NCBI GenBank assembly: GCA_029856125.1
Contig: JAHQWJ010000012.1
Span: forward strand, 1 to 62,157
Source: Promethearchaeia archaeon
GTDB taxonomy: Archaea; Asgardarchaeota; Lokiarchaeia; Sigyniarchaeales; SOKP01
DNA: 62,157 bases
Direction of reading: 5' to 3'
How positions within the stretch are numbered: position 1 is the stretch's first letter; every line of letters starts with the position of its first letter. Position numbers and translations under genes: made by a program. Of the stretch, positions 10,152-19,977 are shown piece by piece. The notes beneath the pieces are model-generated. The model made no database searches, had not been told where the DNA came from, and saw only the letters and a program-made list of their open reading frames with translations.

Positions 10152-11054
10152 TCATAAACCATTCAGTAATTTAGAGAAGTCGGGTTCGTCAAAAAATTCG
10201 TTAAACTTTTTCAACAGTTCAATATTGATAACTTGTATTTTTTGATTTTTTTGTGTTTTAACAGATTTCACTAAATCTAATGTTTTTAATTTTTTTAAAT
10301 GGTATTGGACAGTCCCAGAATACACTTCTAATTTTTCGCCAATTTTAGAGATTGCAATTCCTTCTTCTTTAAAAATTTCTTCAATGATTTTTGGGATTAA
10401 TGGATTCGTAAAAACAACTTTAAATTTATCATAATCTTCTGGAAGGTCAACTAAAAAATAATGTAAAGATTTTCCAATTTTTTTCGACCTTATGAGTTTG
10501 AAACGCTCTAAAGTCATAATATGTTTTAAAAAGGGGGTTCTCGTTATTCCTAATTCTTCTTCGACTTTCTCATCTCTAGCATGAATTCCGGGATTTTCTT
10601 TTATGAACTCTAATATTTTAGCTAGTTTATCGTTGTTTAGAATTTCTAACTTTGTTCTTCTTTCTTTTGTTACGATCCAACTTTTATCTTCTAAACTCCT
10701 TATTGCTAAAAATATTTCTTCCTTACTATAACCTTTCTTATACGCTAGTTTGGCTATACTTTTTGCGTATAATTTCTCAATAATAGGAAATTTTTGCAAC
10801 TCTGCTTCAGAAGCTACATCGATCTCAAAATCGGCATCATACCTTTTTAATTTTAAAATATGTTTTGCGATATCCAAAACATCGACCTCAATCTCAGTAA
10901 GATCATCGATTAATGGTTCCGGTACGATTTGTAATTCTCTTTTTTCAATTTTAACGTCTTGCAAAGGAGTAAAATCCGCTCGTCTAAATGAACTTACCTC
11001 TAATTCTTTTTCCCTTTGTTTTTCTTTAGATTCTCTTTTTTTTTCTAACGACAT
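10152..11054 (-). CDS. Multi-winged-helix transcriptional regulator (ArsR-like)
   Basis: ILEFIKENPGIH...KHIMTLERFKLIRSKKIGK and ISKIGEKLEVYSGTVQYHLKKL wHTH units. Confidence 0.75.
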   Translation of the reverse strand: MSLEKKRESKEKQREKELEVSSFRRADFTPLQDVKIEKRELQIVPEPLIDDLTEIEVDVLDIAKHILKLKRYDADFEIDVASEAELQKFPIIEKLYAKSIAKLAYKKGYSKEEIFLAIRSLEDKSWIVTKERRTKLEILNNDKLAKILEFIKENPGIHARDEKVEEELGITRTPFLKHIMTLERFKLIRSKKIGKSLHYFLVDLPEDYDKFKVVFTNPLIPKIIEEIFKEEGIAISKIGEKLEVYSGTVQYHLKKLKTLDLVKSVKTQKNQKIQVINIELLKKFNEFFDEPDFSKLLNGL

Positions 11055-11079
11055 TACTCAATGAGTTAATATTTAAATT

Positions 11080-12654
11080 TTAGGCATTTTTCTCTAAAAA
11101 CTGTACAAATTCGAACTGTTGGGCACTATCCATATATTTTAGTTCTTCTACCAATTTATCATAATATTTTGGCTTAAGATTTGGAAGCTTGCGAATGCGC
11201 TCTATTAATTTATGAGGAATTTCCTCATATAATCCTTTTAACGCTTCGATGTACTTTAATTGTTCTTCCTCTGCTATGTATGCTAATTCTTTTATAATAT
11301 TTTTGCGTTCCTTTTTTGGGATGTCAAGATCTAATATTTGCTTTCTCAAATCTTTAGAGAATATATTAAATATTTTGGCGAAATATTCTTTAACTATTTT
11401 CTTATCTTTTTCATTTTTAACCGGTAATAGGGATTCGTGAAGTCGTAATACAGAGGGTTCCTCTTTTTTCTCTTCTGTTTTTTTAATATCAAGTGTCTCA
11501 ATCTCAACTTCTTCTTCTTTTATCTCTTCGATAGATTTGATTTCCTCTGGGGTATCTTTTAAGAGTTCCTTCTCAGGTTTTAGTTCTACCGTTTCCTCTT
11601 CTAAGGGAATGATCTCATCTTCAATTATTTGAGGTTTTTCCTCTTTTTCTAAAGAATTTTTTTCTTCCACAAGTTGTATTTTTTTAGAGGGCTCGCTTTT
11701 TGGTTGAAATTCTCCCATTTCTTTCTTGATAACGGGATCAATAGGTTTTCCTATGAATAAAAGAATTAATATCAGCGATTTTATCAAGATAAAAATACCA
11801 ATGCTAATAAACGCAGTGGATATTACGCCCAATATAAATATTCCGATCACAAAAGCCCCTGTAAACTGATTCTGTTTGTGGATTTTTCCTTTTAAAGCTA
11901 AATCGATGATTAACATGATAACAGGGGTTATAATAAAAGATAGGCCGATTAAAAACAAAAAGAGATTACTGAAAAGATCTGATAATAAACCACCAATAAT
12001 TAGGTTATTTAAAACTAATAAAACGAGAATAAATCCCGCTTTCGCTGAGAAATAATTTATCGAGTTTTTTAGTTTGAGACCATAGTTGTAGACTTTGTGA
12101 TCTTCTCCTTTATGATAAACAATCGAATGAATTAGAATCAAAATTCCTTTAATTAATAAAATGACACCGGATCCGTAAAAAATACACCCTAATATACCAT
12201 AACAAATTGCATCCAGGGCAATTTCATCGTAGTTTTTTGACTGAACCCTTGGCGATATGTATCTTAGGTCGTATATTAATACGAATACACTACCCAAAAC
12301 GAGTATATAAGAATTAATTACATTAACAATACTCCCAAAAATGAAAAAATTAAAAAAACTCAATACTAATATAGCTACCGCATAAAGGACTAAGGGTATG
12401 TAATCGAATTTGTTCAAATATTCTATTGCTTTTTCTAAATTAGTTTTATCCTTATTATTCAACCCATATTTTGGATGTGGCTGAATTTTGCTTCTCTGTT
12501 TTCTTGTTGGATGTTGTTTAAAGTTCACTCCTGATAATGAAAATGGTGATCCACACATTTCGCAATAAACTTGAGTTCTATCATCAATTAGTTTAGATAA
12601 TTCTTTTGGAAACACATAAGAACAATTACGACAAATATACAGTTTTTCCGACAT
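11080..12654 (-). CDS. Membrane protein with N-terminal Zn ribbon, TM block, acidic linker and C-terminal helical repeats
   Basis: CRNC...CEMC; multiple hydrophobic helices; E/K-rich linker; repeated IIKELAYI / LVEELKYM units. Confidence 0.7.
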   Translation of the reverse strand: MSEKLYICRNCSYVFPKELSKLIDDRTQVYCEMCGSPFSLSGVNFKQHPTRKQRSKIQPHPKYGLNNKDKTNLEKAIEYLNKFDYIPLVLYAVAILVLSFFNFFIFGSIVNVINSYILVLGSVFVLIYDLRYISPRVQSKNYDEIALDAICYGILGCIFYGSGVILLIKGILILIHSIVYHKGEDHKVYNYGLKLKNSINYFSAKAGFILVLLVLNNLIIGGLLSDLFSNLFLFLIGLSFIITPVIMLIIDLALKGKIHKQNQFTGAFVIGIFILGVISTAFISIGIFILIKSLILILLFIGKPIDPVIKKEMGEFQPKSEPSKKIQLVEEKNSLEKEEKPQIIEDEIIPLEEETVELKPEKELLKDTPEEIKSIEEIKEEEVEIETLDIKKTEEKKEEPSVLRLHESLLPVKNEKDKKIVKEYFAKIFNIFSKDLRKQILDLDIPKKERKNIIKELAYIAEEEQLKYIEALKGLYEEIPHKLIERIRKLPNLKPKYYDKLVEELKYMDSAQQFEFVQFLEKNA

Positions 12655-12958
12655 TAAAGCCTCACACTTATATATTAATTATTTTATTTAATTTTTTTAA
12701 TTTATGTTTACTAGTTTTTTATTGCAGATTTTTGGAGGTAAAAATATTCCACGAGAATTGATTTGCTTAAAATGATTTTAAATTTTACGCTACTAAGACT
12801 AAAACCAATCATTTCCATACAACTACAAATCTATTTTTTTAAATATGAATAGTTGAATAAAAGAAGTCTAAAGTCGATTATAAAAAAAATGGAGTCCAAT
12901 TTTTCCCAAAGAATAAAAATTTAATAATTTCACCAAATTTGCGTAATCGGACTAAAGC

Positions 12959-13459
12959 TTAAGTAATGAGCTTGGTCCATTTTAAAGTAGTTATAGTATT
13001 ATTTAGGTCGTGATGATCTTCAGTTGTATTAAATTCCAGGTTAGTAAATATCTGGTAGGCTTGCTCCCGAGATGCTTTATATTGGGCAATATCATCATGT
13101 TTTCCATGAAAAATTATCGTAGGGATAGTTGATGGTAAGATCTTATCTATTTGCAACATGGGAGTTGCTAAAAAAGGAGCTAATAATATTAATCGCTCGA
13201 TTTTTTCAGGATTTTGAAGGGCATAAAGCGTAGCCATTAATCCACCGAAACTTGAACCTATTATTATCCATGAATTCCTTTTTTTAAGAAATAAATCCAA
13301 TTGTCCCATTCTCTCTTTAAGGAGATCACCAAGCGAGATATTCTTCTTAAATTTTTTAAAATTGGGCGTAAAAATATCTGGGAATAAACCCTTCAGGTAG
13401 GTTCCTTTAAATCCATTACCTGAGCTTTCAAGACCGTGGATAAAAATAATATTTTTCAT
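12959..13459 (-). CDS. Alpha/beta-hydrolase (YqiA-like esterase)
   Basis: FIHGLES, nucleophile elbow GSSFGG, HGKHDD, C-terminal His. Confidence 0.85.
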   Translation of the reverse strand: MKNIIFIHGLESSGNGFKGTYLKGLFPDIFTPNFKKFKKNISLGDLLKERMGQLDLFLKKRNSWIIIGSSFGGLMATLYALQNPEKIERLILLAPFLATPMLQIDKILPSTIPTIIFHGKHDDIAQYKASREQAYQIFTNLEFNTTEDHHDLNNTITTLKWTKLIT

Positions 13460-13482
13460 TGTATATGGTTCTATGCTAACCT

Positions 13483-14550
13483 TTAATATTCAATTTCAAA
13501 GTCCTCTGGGCTTACAGGGTAGAGTTCTTTATTCAATTCTTTTAGTAATTTTTTCTGACCAAAATAAAAAAACAGAAAAAAGATACCAAAATATACTGTA
13601 ATCACTACTAATGTAAAGACATAATATTTTCTTGTGAACGAAATGAAATGGAGGGAGATACCAATAATAAAACCCGTAAACAATCGAGATTCCGTTGTAC
13701 TTGTCCTAAGCAATAACTTTTGGGTCCCCCAATCAATTAATCCGGGTATTGGGAATACAACGATGATTATGAACGCCAATTCGGCGCTAAATTGAGGATT
13801 TACGATTAGTTGAAAAAGATGAGTGAAAAAAACAGATATTATTATTCCAATCACCATTCCTGAGCATCTCGAGCAAAAATAGATTTTAGTTCGTCCAAAT
13901 TGAAAATAAAATGTATGATCACTCGCAGAAACAGGATGGTGTGTTAGCAACATGTAATATAGGTGCTGTTCTTTCGATGCAAAAATCTTGTCAAAGATGA
14001 TTAATAGAACTGGAACAGATATTATAACAGATATGAGGGTTTGGAAGAAAAATTTAACTCCAAAGTTAGAAAATAATACTGCTACTGGTAGGGAACTATG
14101 ATGAAATAACATAGTAGCCATTACTACTAAAATAGTAGCAATTAAAGAATTGATCACTAAAATTACAATGGAATAGAAGATTTTTTTAATGTTATGATAT
14201 TTCAATGGTTTATATTTGTAGATTCCAGCAAGAGATCCACATATCGCTACGATAAAACACCAATCGATGTAGATTGTATGATAGAATGCAATCTGATAGA
14301 CGAGTTCCCCCAGGAATCCCGCAAAAAACGCTGGAAGTGGTCCTGATAATACTGAAAAGAATGTAAGTGTCAGTAGAGATACGCTAAAAACAATCGAAAA
14401 ACTGATAGTTCCTATATAAGGTGAAGAAACAGAACCAAATGATTCTGAAGTGTATAAATAACTCATGAAAATAAAGAAGACCGTTATAATTTTCACAAAT
14501 ATCGTTCTTATGAAACTGCTTGGGCTATTTTCGTTAGAATCAATGCTCAT
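13483..14550 (-). CDS. Membrane protein: ECF S-component-like N-half fused to a DUF2085-like domain
   Basis: GPLPAFFAGFLGE pattern typical of S-components; FCSRCSG, LIDWGTQ, RLFTGF typical of DUF2085. Confidence 0.65.
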   Translation of the reverse strand: MSIDSNENSPSSFIRTIFVKIITVFFIFMSYLYTSESFGSVSSPYIGTISFSIVFSVSLLTLTFFSVLSGPLPAFFAGFLGELVYQIAFYHTIYIDWCFIVAICGSLAGIYKYKPLKYHNIKKIFYSIVILVINSLIATILVVMATMLFHHSSLPVAVLFSNFGVKFFFQTLISVIISVPVLLIIFDKIFASKEQHLYYMLLTHHPVSASDHTFYFQFGRTKIYFCSRCSGMVIGIIISVFFTHLFQLIVNPQFSAELAFIIIVVFPIPGLIDWGTQKLLLRTSTTESRLFTGFIIGISLHFISFTRKYYVFTLVVITVYFGIFFLFFYFGQKKLLKELNKELYPVSPEDFEIEY

Positions 14551-14602
14551 GCTTATCGCATAAAAAAATTAATGAAAATAGATAAAATTATCTTTCATAA
14601 TT

Positions 14603-15262
14603 TTAAAAAAAAATAACATCAAGCTCTTTAATTAAGCTTTCTTTCGTTTTTTCGAATCCTTTTCTGAGGACGCTAACAATTATATTTTTCCCTGTTGGCA
14701 CATTAATGATGCTATCATCTTCTTCTACTATTACAATTCCATCATCGTTATAATCTAATTGTCTCTTAAGAGCCTCGTACGCTTTTTCTTTAGTTTTAAA
14801 CGCTGCTCTGGATAATTCATCGTAATTTTTCACATCATCTTTAATATTCAAAAATAAAACACATTCCTCAACTTGAGAAACAAAGGATTTTCTTGTAATT
14901 TCCTTTAATTTCTCGTAATGCTTATGATTTTTTTTACACTGTTTATCAGTCTGGTCATTTTCTAGATAATCAGGAAAGTTTTTTTCAATAACCTCATCAA
15001 ATTTTTCTTGAGTAATCTCTCCATTCTGTACTAAAGCCTTAGCTGAATCCAATGCGATAGTTATTTGTTTTAATGTTCCCACACGAGCGTTATTATCACT
15101 CCAGAACTTATAAAAGGCTTTTACTATAGGTTTTACTACAAAATTGAATGCTCCAGCATCTAACTCTGTCTCTATTAGCTCTCTACCAAATCCTAGTGAA
15201 AGATCGGTTGTTGAAATCATCTTTTCCTCAACGATCTTATAATTTCTTTCCAGGTAATTCAT
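14603..15262 (-). CDS. Hypothetical helical protein (paralog of 15350..16006)
   Basis: Shares ERNxKIVxExMI, LxxGRxLIxTELD, NFxVxPIVKAFY, GTLKQI, CxKxHxxYEKLKE, LRKGFE with its neighbour. Confidence 0.8.
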   Translation of the reverse strand: MNYLERNYKIVEEKMISTTDLSLGFGRELIETELDAGAFNFVVKPIVKAFYKFWSDNNARVGTLKQITIALDSAKALVQNGEITQEKFDEVIEKNFPDYLENDQTDKQCKKNHKHYEKLKEITRKSFVSQVEECVLFLNIKDDVKNYDELSRAAFKTKEKAYEALKRQLDYNDDGIVIVEEDDSIINVPTGKNIIVSVLRKGFEKTKESLIKELDVIFF

Positions 15263-15349
15263 TATATATCTCCTTTCGGTTATTTTTTTAACTTACTATA
15301 GCATATTGTGTTCTTTTTTGATATTTTTGAAATATTAATTTGATACTTA

Positions 15350-16006
15350 CTAATCGTAGGTTTCGTCGATACCTTCAAAGAAATCTTTTTTACTCTCTTC
15401 GAAACCTTTTCTTAAAGATTTTACGATTACCATCTTTGCAACAGGAATAGATAATATAGATGGATCTTCTTCTATGATGCTGATGCCTCTCTCTGTGAAT
15501 TCTAACTGCTTCTTTAAGTTCTTAGTTGCTATTTCTTTTGACTTGAATGCACCTTTGGCGAGATCAGTATAATCATTAACATGTTCTTCAACACTAAGGA
15601 AAGTTTTAACTTCTCTAAGATAATTGATAAAAGTCTCTCTAGAGTTTTCTTTTAATTTTTCATAATTTCTATGTTTCTTACTACATTGATATGTTACCTG
15701 ATCACCTTTAAGGAATTTCGGAAAAAATTCTTCTATAATGCGATTAAAAGATTCTTCTGAATTTCCATTAAGTAATAATTGTTTGCCAGCATCCAAAGTG
15801 ATATCAATCTGCTTTAAAGTTCCCTTTCTTGCGTCATGTTGAGCCCAATAATCATAGAAAGCTTTAACAATGGGTCTAACTATAAAATTCAAAATTCCTG
15901 TATCTAATTCCGTGTCAATTAGTTTTCGCCCTAATTTAAGCGATTGTTCCATTTGCTGAATCATTCGTTCTTTTACGATTTTACAATTCCTTTCCACATG
16001 ATCCAA
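15350..16006 (-). CDS. Hypothetical helical protein (paralog of 14603..15262), TTG start
   Basis: Full-length colinear similarity to the downstream ORF. Confidence 0.8.
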   Translation of the reverse strand: MDHVERNCKIVKERMIQQMEQSLKLGRKLIDTELDTGILNFIVRPIVKAFYDYWAQHDARKGTLKQIDITLDAGKQLLLNGNSEESFNRIIEEFFPKFLKGDQVTYQCSKKHRNYEKLKENSRETFINYLREVKTFLSVEEHVNDYTDLAKGAFKSKEIATKNLKKQLEFTERGISIIEEDPSILSIPVAKMVIVKSLRKGFEESKKDFFEGIDETYD

Positions 16007-16214
16007 AGAAAATCCCCAGCAGATTTATTTAATAGTACTTTCGTAAATTAAAATTCTTCTTGAACTAATAAAGTAAAATATTGAAAATTTTTTAACTTTT
16101 TCATAATTTAATTAGTCTTGCGTCTAGAACGAAAAAAGTAAGTATATAATATGAAAAAATGTTCTATAATTATATTAGGTTTAAATACAATATTAACTTC
16201 ATAAAATAAATCCT

Positions 16215-19200
16215 ATGCGTTACATCTTTAAAATTCTAATATTGGGCTTAGATGGGGAAGCAATCGCTCTTTATACTATAAGAACCTTCGGAGAAGAGGG
16301 CGAAAATAAAGGAGCATATTTAGAGTTATATAAAGAAGTAAAAGCATTAGAGGATACTTGTGATATAGAAGTTAACGCTATAACTGATGTTGAGAATACT
16401 GATCTTGACGAATTGATTAATACTGTTGATGGCATTATCTACTTCATAAATCCCCTGAAAAACGAAGAAAAAGAAGTATTTGATTCCATTTTACACGACA
16501 TTAGAAAAATTACCCGAAACATACCTTTAATTATAATGTACTACGATAATGAAGGAATTATTCCTTTATCCGTAAATAGTATGCTGGAAAATACTTGGCT
16601 TAAGTACTTCGATATTGAAGCTTTTGTTAATGTTCGTCCGAGAGAATTTTATCGCGTTTTGCATTGTTTATGCATCGCAATGATTTCAGGAGATTCCCCA
16701 CTTTCACTAGAGAACGCTTGGATGAGGTTTCCCATTTATATTCAACTGGCTAACATATATTTTAAAAAAGCTGAAAAAGAATCTAAACCTGAATATTATT
16801 TTTATTCTGCTCAAGCTATTAAAAAAGCTGCTATGATTGCTGATATTTTTAACAAAGAAGAATATTATGTAATTTGCGAACAAGCAGCCTTTCTGTTCTC
16901 AAAAGTAAACTTATATTTGGAGGCTGCTGAAATACTTCAAAATGTAGATAAAAAAAAAGTGGAGAATTTCAAGAGATTATATGCTGAATCTATGATCTTG
17001 GAAGGTAATAAATTGTTTAACAAGCGTAAATTTGACGCTTCAGCAAGACAATACGAATCTGCAGCTCAATGGGTTGCTTTAGAACATGAGGACGAAGAGC
17101 TTAAAAACGAAGCATTTAAATTAGCGATAACTTCTTGGATTTCAGCTTGCAAAATGGAAAATGCTTTTAAAATTATTAAAAATTTGCCACATGATCTGAT
17201 ATTTGAAATTTTACAAGACTTTCTCCCCAAAATAATAGAGATGGTTGATTTTTTAATAAAAGAACAGAAATTACTAATAGCACGAGACCAATTGCGTATA
17301 ACTGTAGATGTCTATCAAAAGAGAAACTTGACTGAGGAGCTCCAAGAATTAGTAACCAAATTAATCGAAGTTTTAAAATTGCTTTTAGCAAAACAAATTG
17401 AAGAGGAAGATAGATTTAGCGCCTACGAATATTATTATGAAATTAAAAGCGTTTGTGAAACATATGATTTAGAATTACCAAATCAAGATAAGCAATTGAA
17501 GGTTTTGATTATTTTATTTAAAAAAAACCTCGAATTTGGGGACACTACTCTATTATTAAATGAAATAAGATCATCGAAGTTAAAAAAAGAGTTAACTGCG
17601 CAAATATCCAAAGCAGAGGATGAAAACAGGGAAAAGTTGAAACAACAGAAAGAGGAAAATCTACGGAAAAATGTAGGGTTTCTTAATAATTATATTGAAC
17701 GGGAGTTACAAATTATAGCTGAAAGTAACTTGAAAACCATTAAAGAAGCTAATGGGTTAATTGAAAAAAGAGAGTATCTTAAAGCAGCTAATTTGGTTAA
17801 ATCTCAAGCGGATTTCTGGAGTGCGATTGGTAGAGAAGAAATTCAAGACCAAATGTTAAAAAAAGTTCTCGACATTCTATTAATTGGTAAATTTTTTGAC
17901 AGATTTACGAATGTCTACTATGAGCTAACAAATAAATCGAAAAAGATTTATTTGAGAAATAAACTAAACCTCGTTAAAAAAATACTAAAAGAAGTTGCGA
18001 AGGAGCGCAATTTTGAAGAAGTTTTTACTACTTGCATATTCTTTTTATCAATATATAGAGAACAATCACTATTCGATCAATCTAAAGAAATAGCCGAGCT
18101 TTCTGTTGAATACATCAAATCTGAAGCTCTTAGAGTTGTTAAAGAAAATGAAGATAAAAAAGCAATTGATTCAGCTATAATTTTGATTGCGAAATCTACC
18201 GATTTATCACATGCATTTTTAGATAACCGTGAAATAAATTTTGATAAGATATATGAAATAATCGTCAAATTTTTCATAAAATTAGAAGATTTTTCTTATG
18301 CTCATGCGAATAATGATAAGATTTTAGACAAATCGCTTAAAAAAAAATTGAATGAAAAGATACAAAAGGCTGAATCAGATATAAGTGCCAATGATGCTGA
18401 AAAAGCTCAGAAGGATTACGATGATGGTATATTAAAAGAAAGAGAGTCGATCATCAAAAAAAGAGCGCGGGACGCGCAACAAGACAAACAAAATGATCTT
18501 CGACAGAGAACTGGTCTTAGAAGGGTCTATGATAAAGGACTTAACTTTTTAAAAGAACAAGATTTTAGAAACGCATTGAAAGAATATAATACACATATTC
18601 CCTCTTTAATTGACCAAAAAAGGCTTAACCTTGCTGGAATTTCTTTGGTAATTAGTTTGTTAATTCTTTACAAATTAAAAAGGATTGAAGAATTTGAAAA
18701 ATCCTTAAGGAAAATAAAAAAAAGTCTGGGTAGCTTAGAAATTTCCTTTTCAGAAACTTATCCAATTACTTTACTTGAATATATCATCGAAATCGAAAAA
18801 CTGGAAGATACTATTAAATTTAAAGAAGCACTTCAATATGTTGAACATTTAGCGCTATTTGATGAGGAATTGGAACTGCTCTATGAATTATTGGATAAAT
18901 CCAAAAAATCCCCTGATAGTGAAGATACTGAACTCTTGAAAAGGGAGAAAAAAGTAAAAATAATTATAGAATTAGGTAAGCAGATTTCCAAAGAGAAAAA
19001 AGATATAGCTAAAAGGAAATTAATGAAAAACCAATATTGGAAAATTTCTTACCAAGATTTATGCAATGGAAAATTAGAGGTAGCTGGTAATGAATATAAC
19101 AGTACAATTTCAAAATTATTAGAAAAACGATTTTTCAAACAGGCTACTGTAAGTTTCATAATTGCGACTATTATTATGGGAAAAAACAAAAATGTTTCCT

Positions 19201-19973
19201 TAGCCAAATCGTATTTATATGAACAATTAACAAGATATTCAAAATATAAAGAAGATTTTGGAGACCTACCTGAAATTCAAATCCTAAGCGAGCTCCTTTT
19301 TGCGTTGGAAAATAAAGATGACGAGCAAATCGATTTATGCCTAAAAATTTTAACAGAAAAACTAGTGCTCTTTGATTGTGAAATTGATTTATTAAAAAGT
19401 TTTGTCCCCAGGGAACAACAACATGAAGTAGAAGATGTTAGAATGTCGAGAGAAGAGCTCGCCAAGGAAAAAAAGCTCAACATACAATTAGACCAAAATT
19501 TTGGGATAATACAAAAAAAAATGCCTGATGTTCGGCGTGAACAACAAGAACATCTAAAAAAGAGAAATTTCATGAAAAACCGAATCTATACTGATGTAAT
19601 AACGCTTCTTGAGAATAACTCCTTCAAAGACGCTGGAATTGAATATCTTAAATTAGCTTACACATTGTCAAAAAGGAAAAATTTTGAAAGCAGCTCCTTG
19701 ATGGCATTATTGCATGGCTTAGCACTAATCGTAGCTAAGGAACCTTTAAAAGAGATTAGGATTAATATTAATAGCTATCTTTCTTCTTTAGGTCTTAATA
19801 AAAAACTTTTGGAAGACACTTACCCTATTCGTTGTATTGAATTTCTACTTAATGTTATATCCCATAATGTAGAAAAATATTTACCAACAATTAAGGAATT
19901 ATTAGATATTTTGCCGCTTTTTGAAGAAGAAAAAAAAATAATTGATAATTTGTTAAAAGAGGAAGGAAATTAA
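16215..19973 (+). CDS. Large protein: degenerate small-GTPase-like N-domain, alpha-solenoid and three C-terminal helical repeats
   Basis: YIFKILILG, VDGIIYFIN, IPLIIM strands; TPR/SNAP-like helices; three repeats ending L[AVP]LF[DE]xE. Confidence 0.75.
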   Translation: MRYIFKILILGLDGEAIALYTIRTFGEEGENKGAYLELYKEVKALEDTCDIEVNAITDVENTDLDELINTVDGIIYFINPLKNEEKEVFDSILHDIRKITRNIPLIIMYYDNEGIIPLSVNSMLENTWLKYFDIEAFVNVRPREFYRVLHCLCIAMISGDSPLSLENAWMRFPIYIQLANIYFKKAEKESKPEYYFYSAQAIKKAAMIADIFNKEEYYVICEQAAFLFSKVNLYLEAAEILQNVDKKKVENFKRLYAESMILEGNKLFNKRKFDASARQYESAAQWVALEHEDEELKNEAFKLAITSWISACKMENAFKIIKNLPHDLIFEILQDFLPKIIEMVDFLIKEQKLLIARDQLRITVDVYQKRNLTEELQELVTKLIEVLKLLLAKQIEEEDRFSAYEYYYEIKSVCETYDLELPNQDKQLKVLIILFKKNLEFGDTTLLLNEIRSSKLKKELTAQISKAEDENREKLKQQKEENLRKNVGFLNNYIERELQIIAESNLKTIKEANGLIEKREYLKAANLVKSQADFWSAIGREEIQDQMLKKVLDILLIGKFFDRFTNVYYELTNKSKKIYLRNKLNLVKKILKEVAKERNFEEVFTTCIFFLSIYREQSLFDQSKEIAELSVEYIKSEALRVVKENEDKKAIDSAIILIAKSTDLSHAFLDNREINFDKIYEIIVKFFIKLEDFSYAHANNDKILDKSLKKKLNEKIQKAESDISANDAEKAQKDYDDGILKERESIIKKRARDAQQDKQNDLRQRTGLRRVYDKGLNFLKEQDFRNALKEYNTHIPSLIDQKRLNLAGISLVISLLILYKLKRIEEFEKSLRKIKKSLGSLEISFSETYPITLLEYIIEIEKLEDTIKFKEALQYVEHLALFDEELELLYELLDKSKKSPDSEDTELLKREKKVKIIIELGKQISKEKKDIAKRKLMKNQYWKISYQDLCNGKLEVAGNEYNSTISKLLEKRFFKQATVSFIIATIIMGKNKNVSLAKSYLYEQLTRYSKYKEDFGDLPEIQILSELLFALENKDDEQIDLCLKILTEKLVLFDCEIDLLKSFVPREQQHEVEDVRMSREELAKEKKLNIQLDQNFGIIQKKMPDVRREQQEHLKKRNFMKNRIYTDVITLLENNSFKDAGIEYLKLAYTLSKRKNFESSSLMALLHGLALIVAKEPLKEIRININSYLSSLGLNKKLLEDTYPIRCIEFLLNVISHNVEKYLPTIKELLDILPLFEEEKKIIDNLLKEEGN

Positions 19974-19977
19974 ATCT

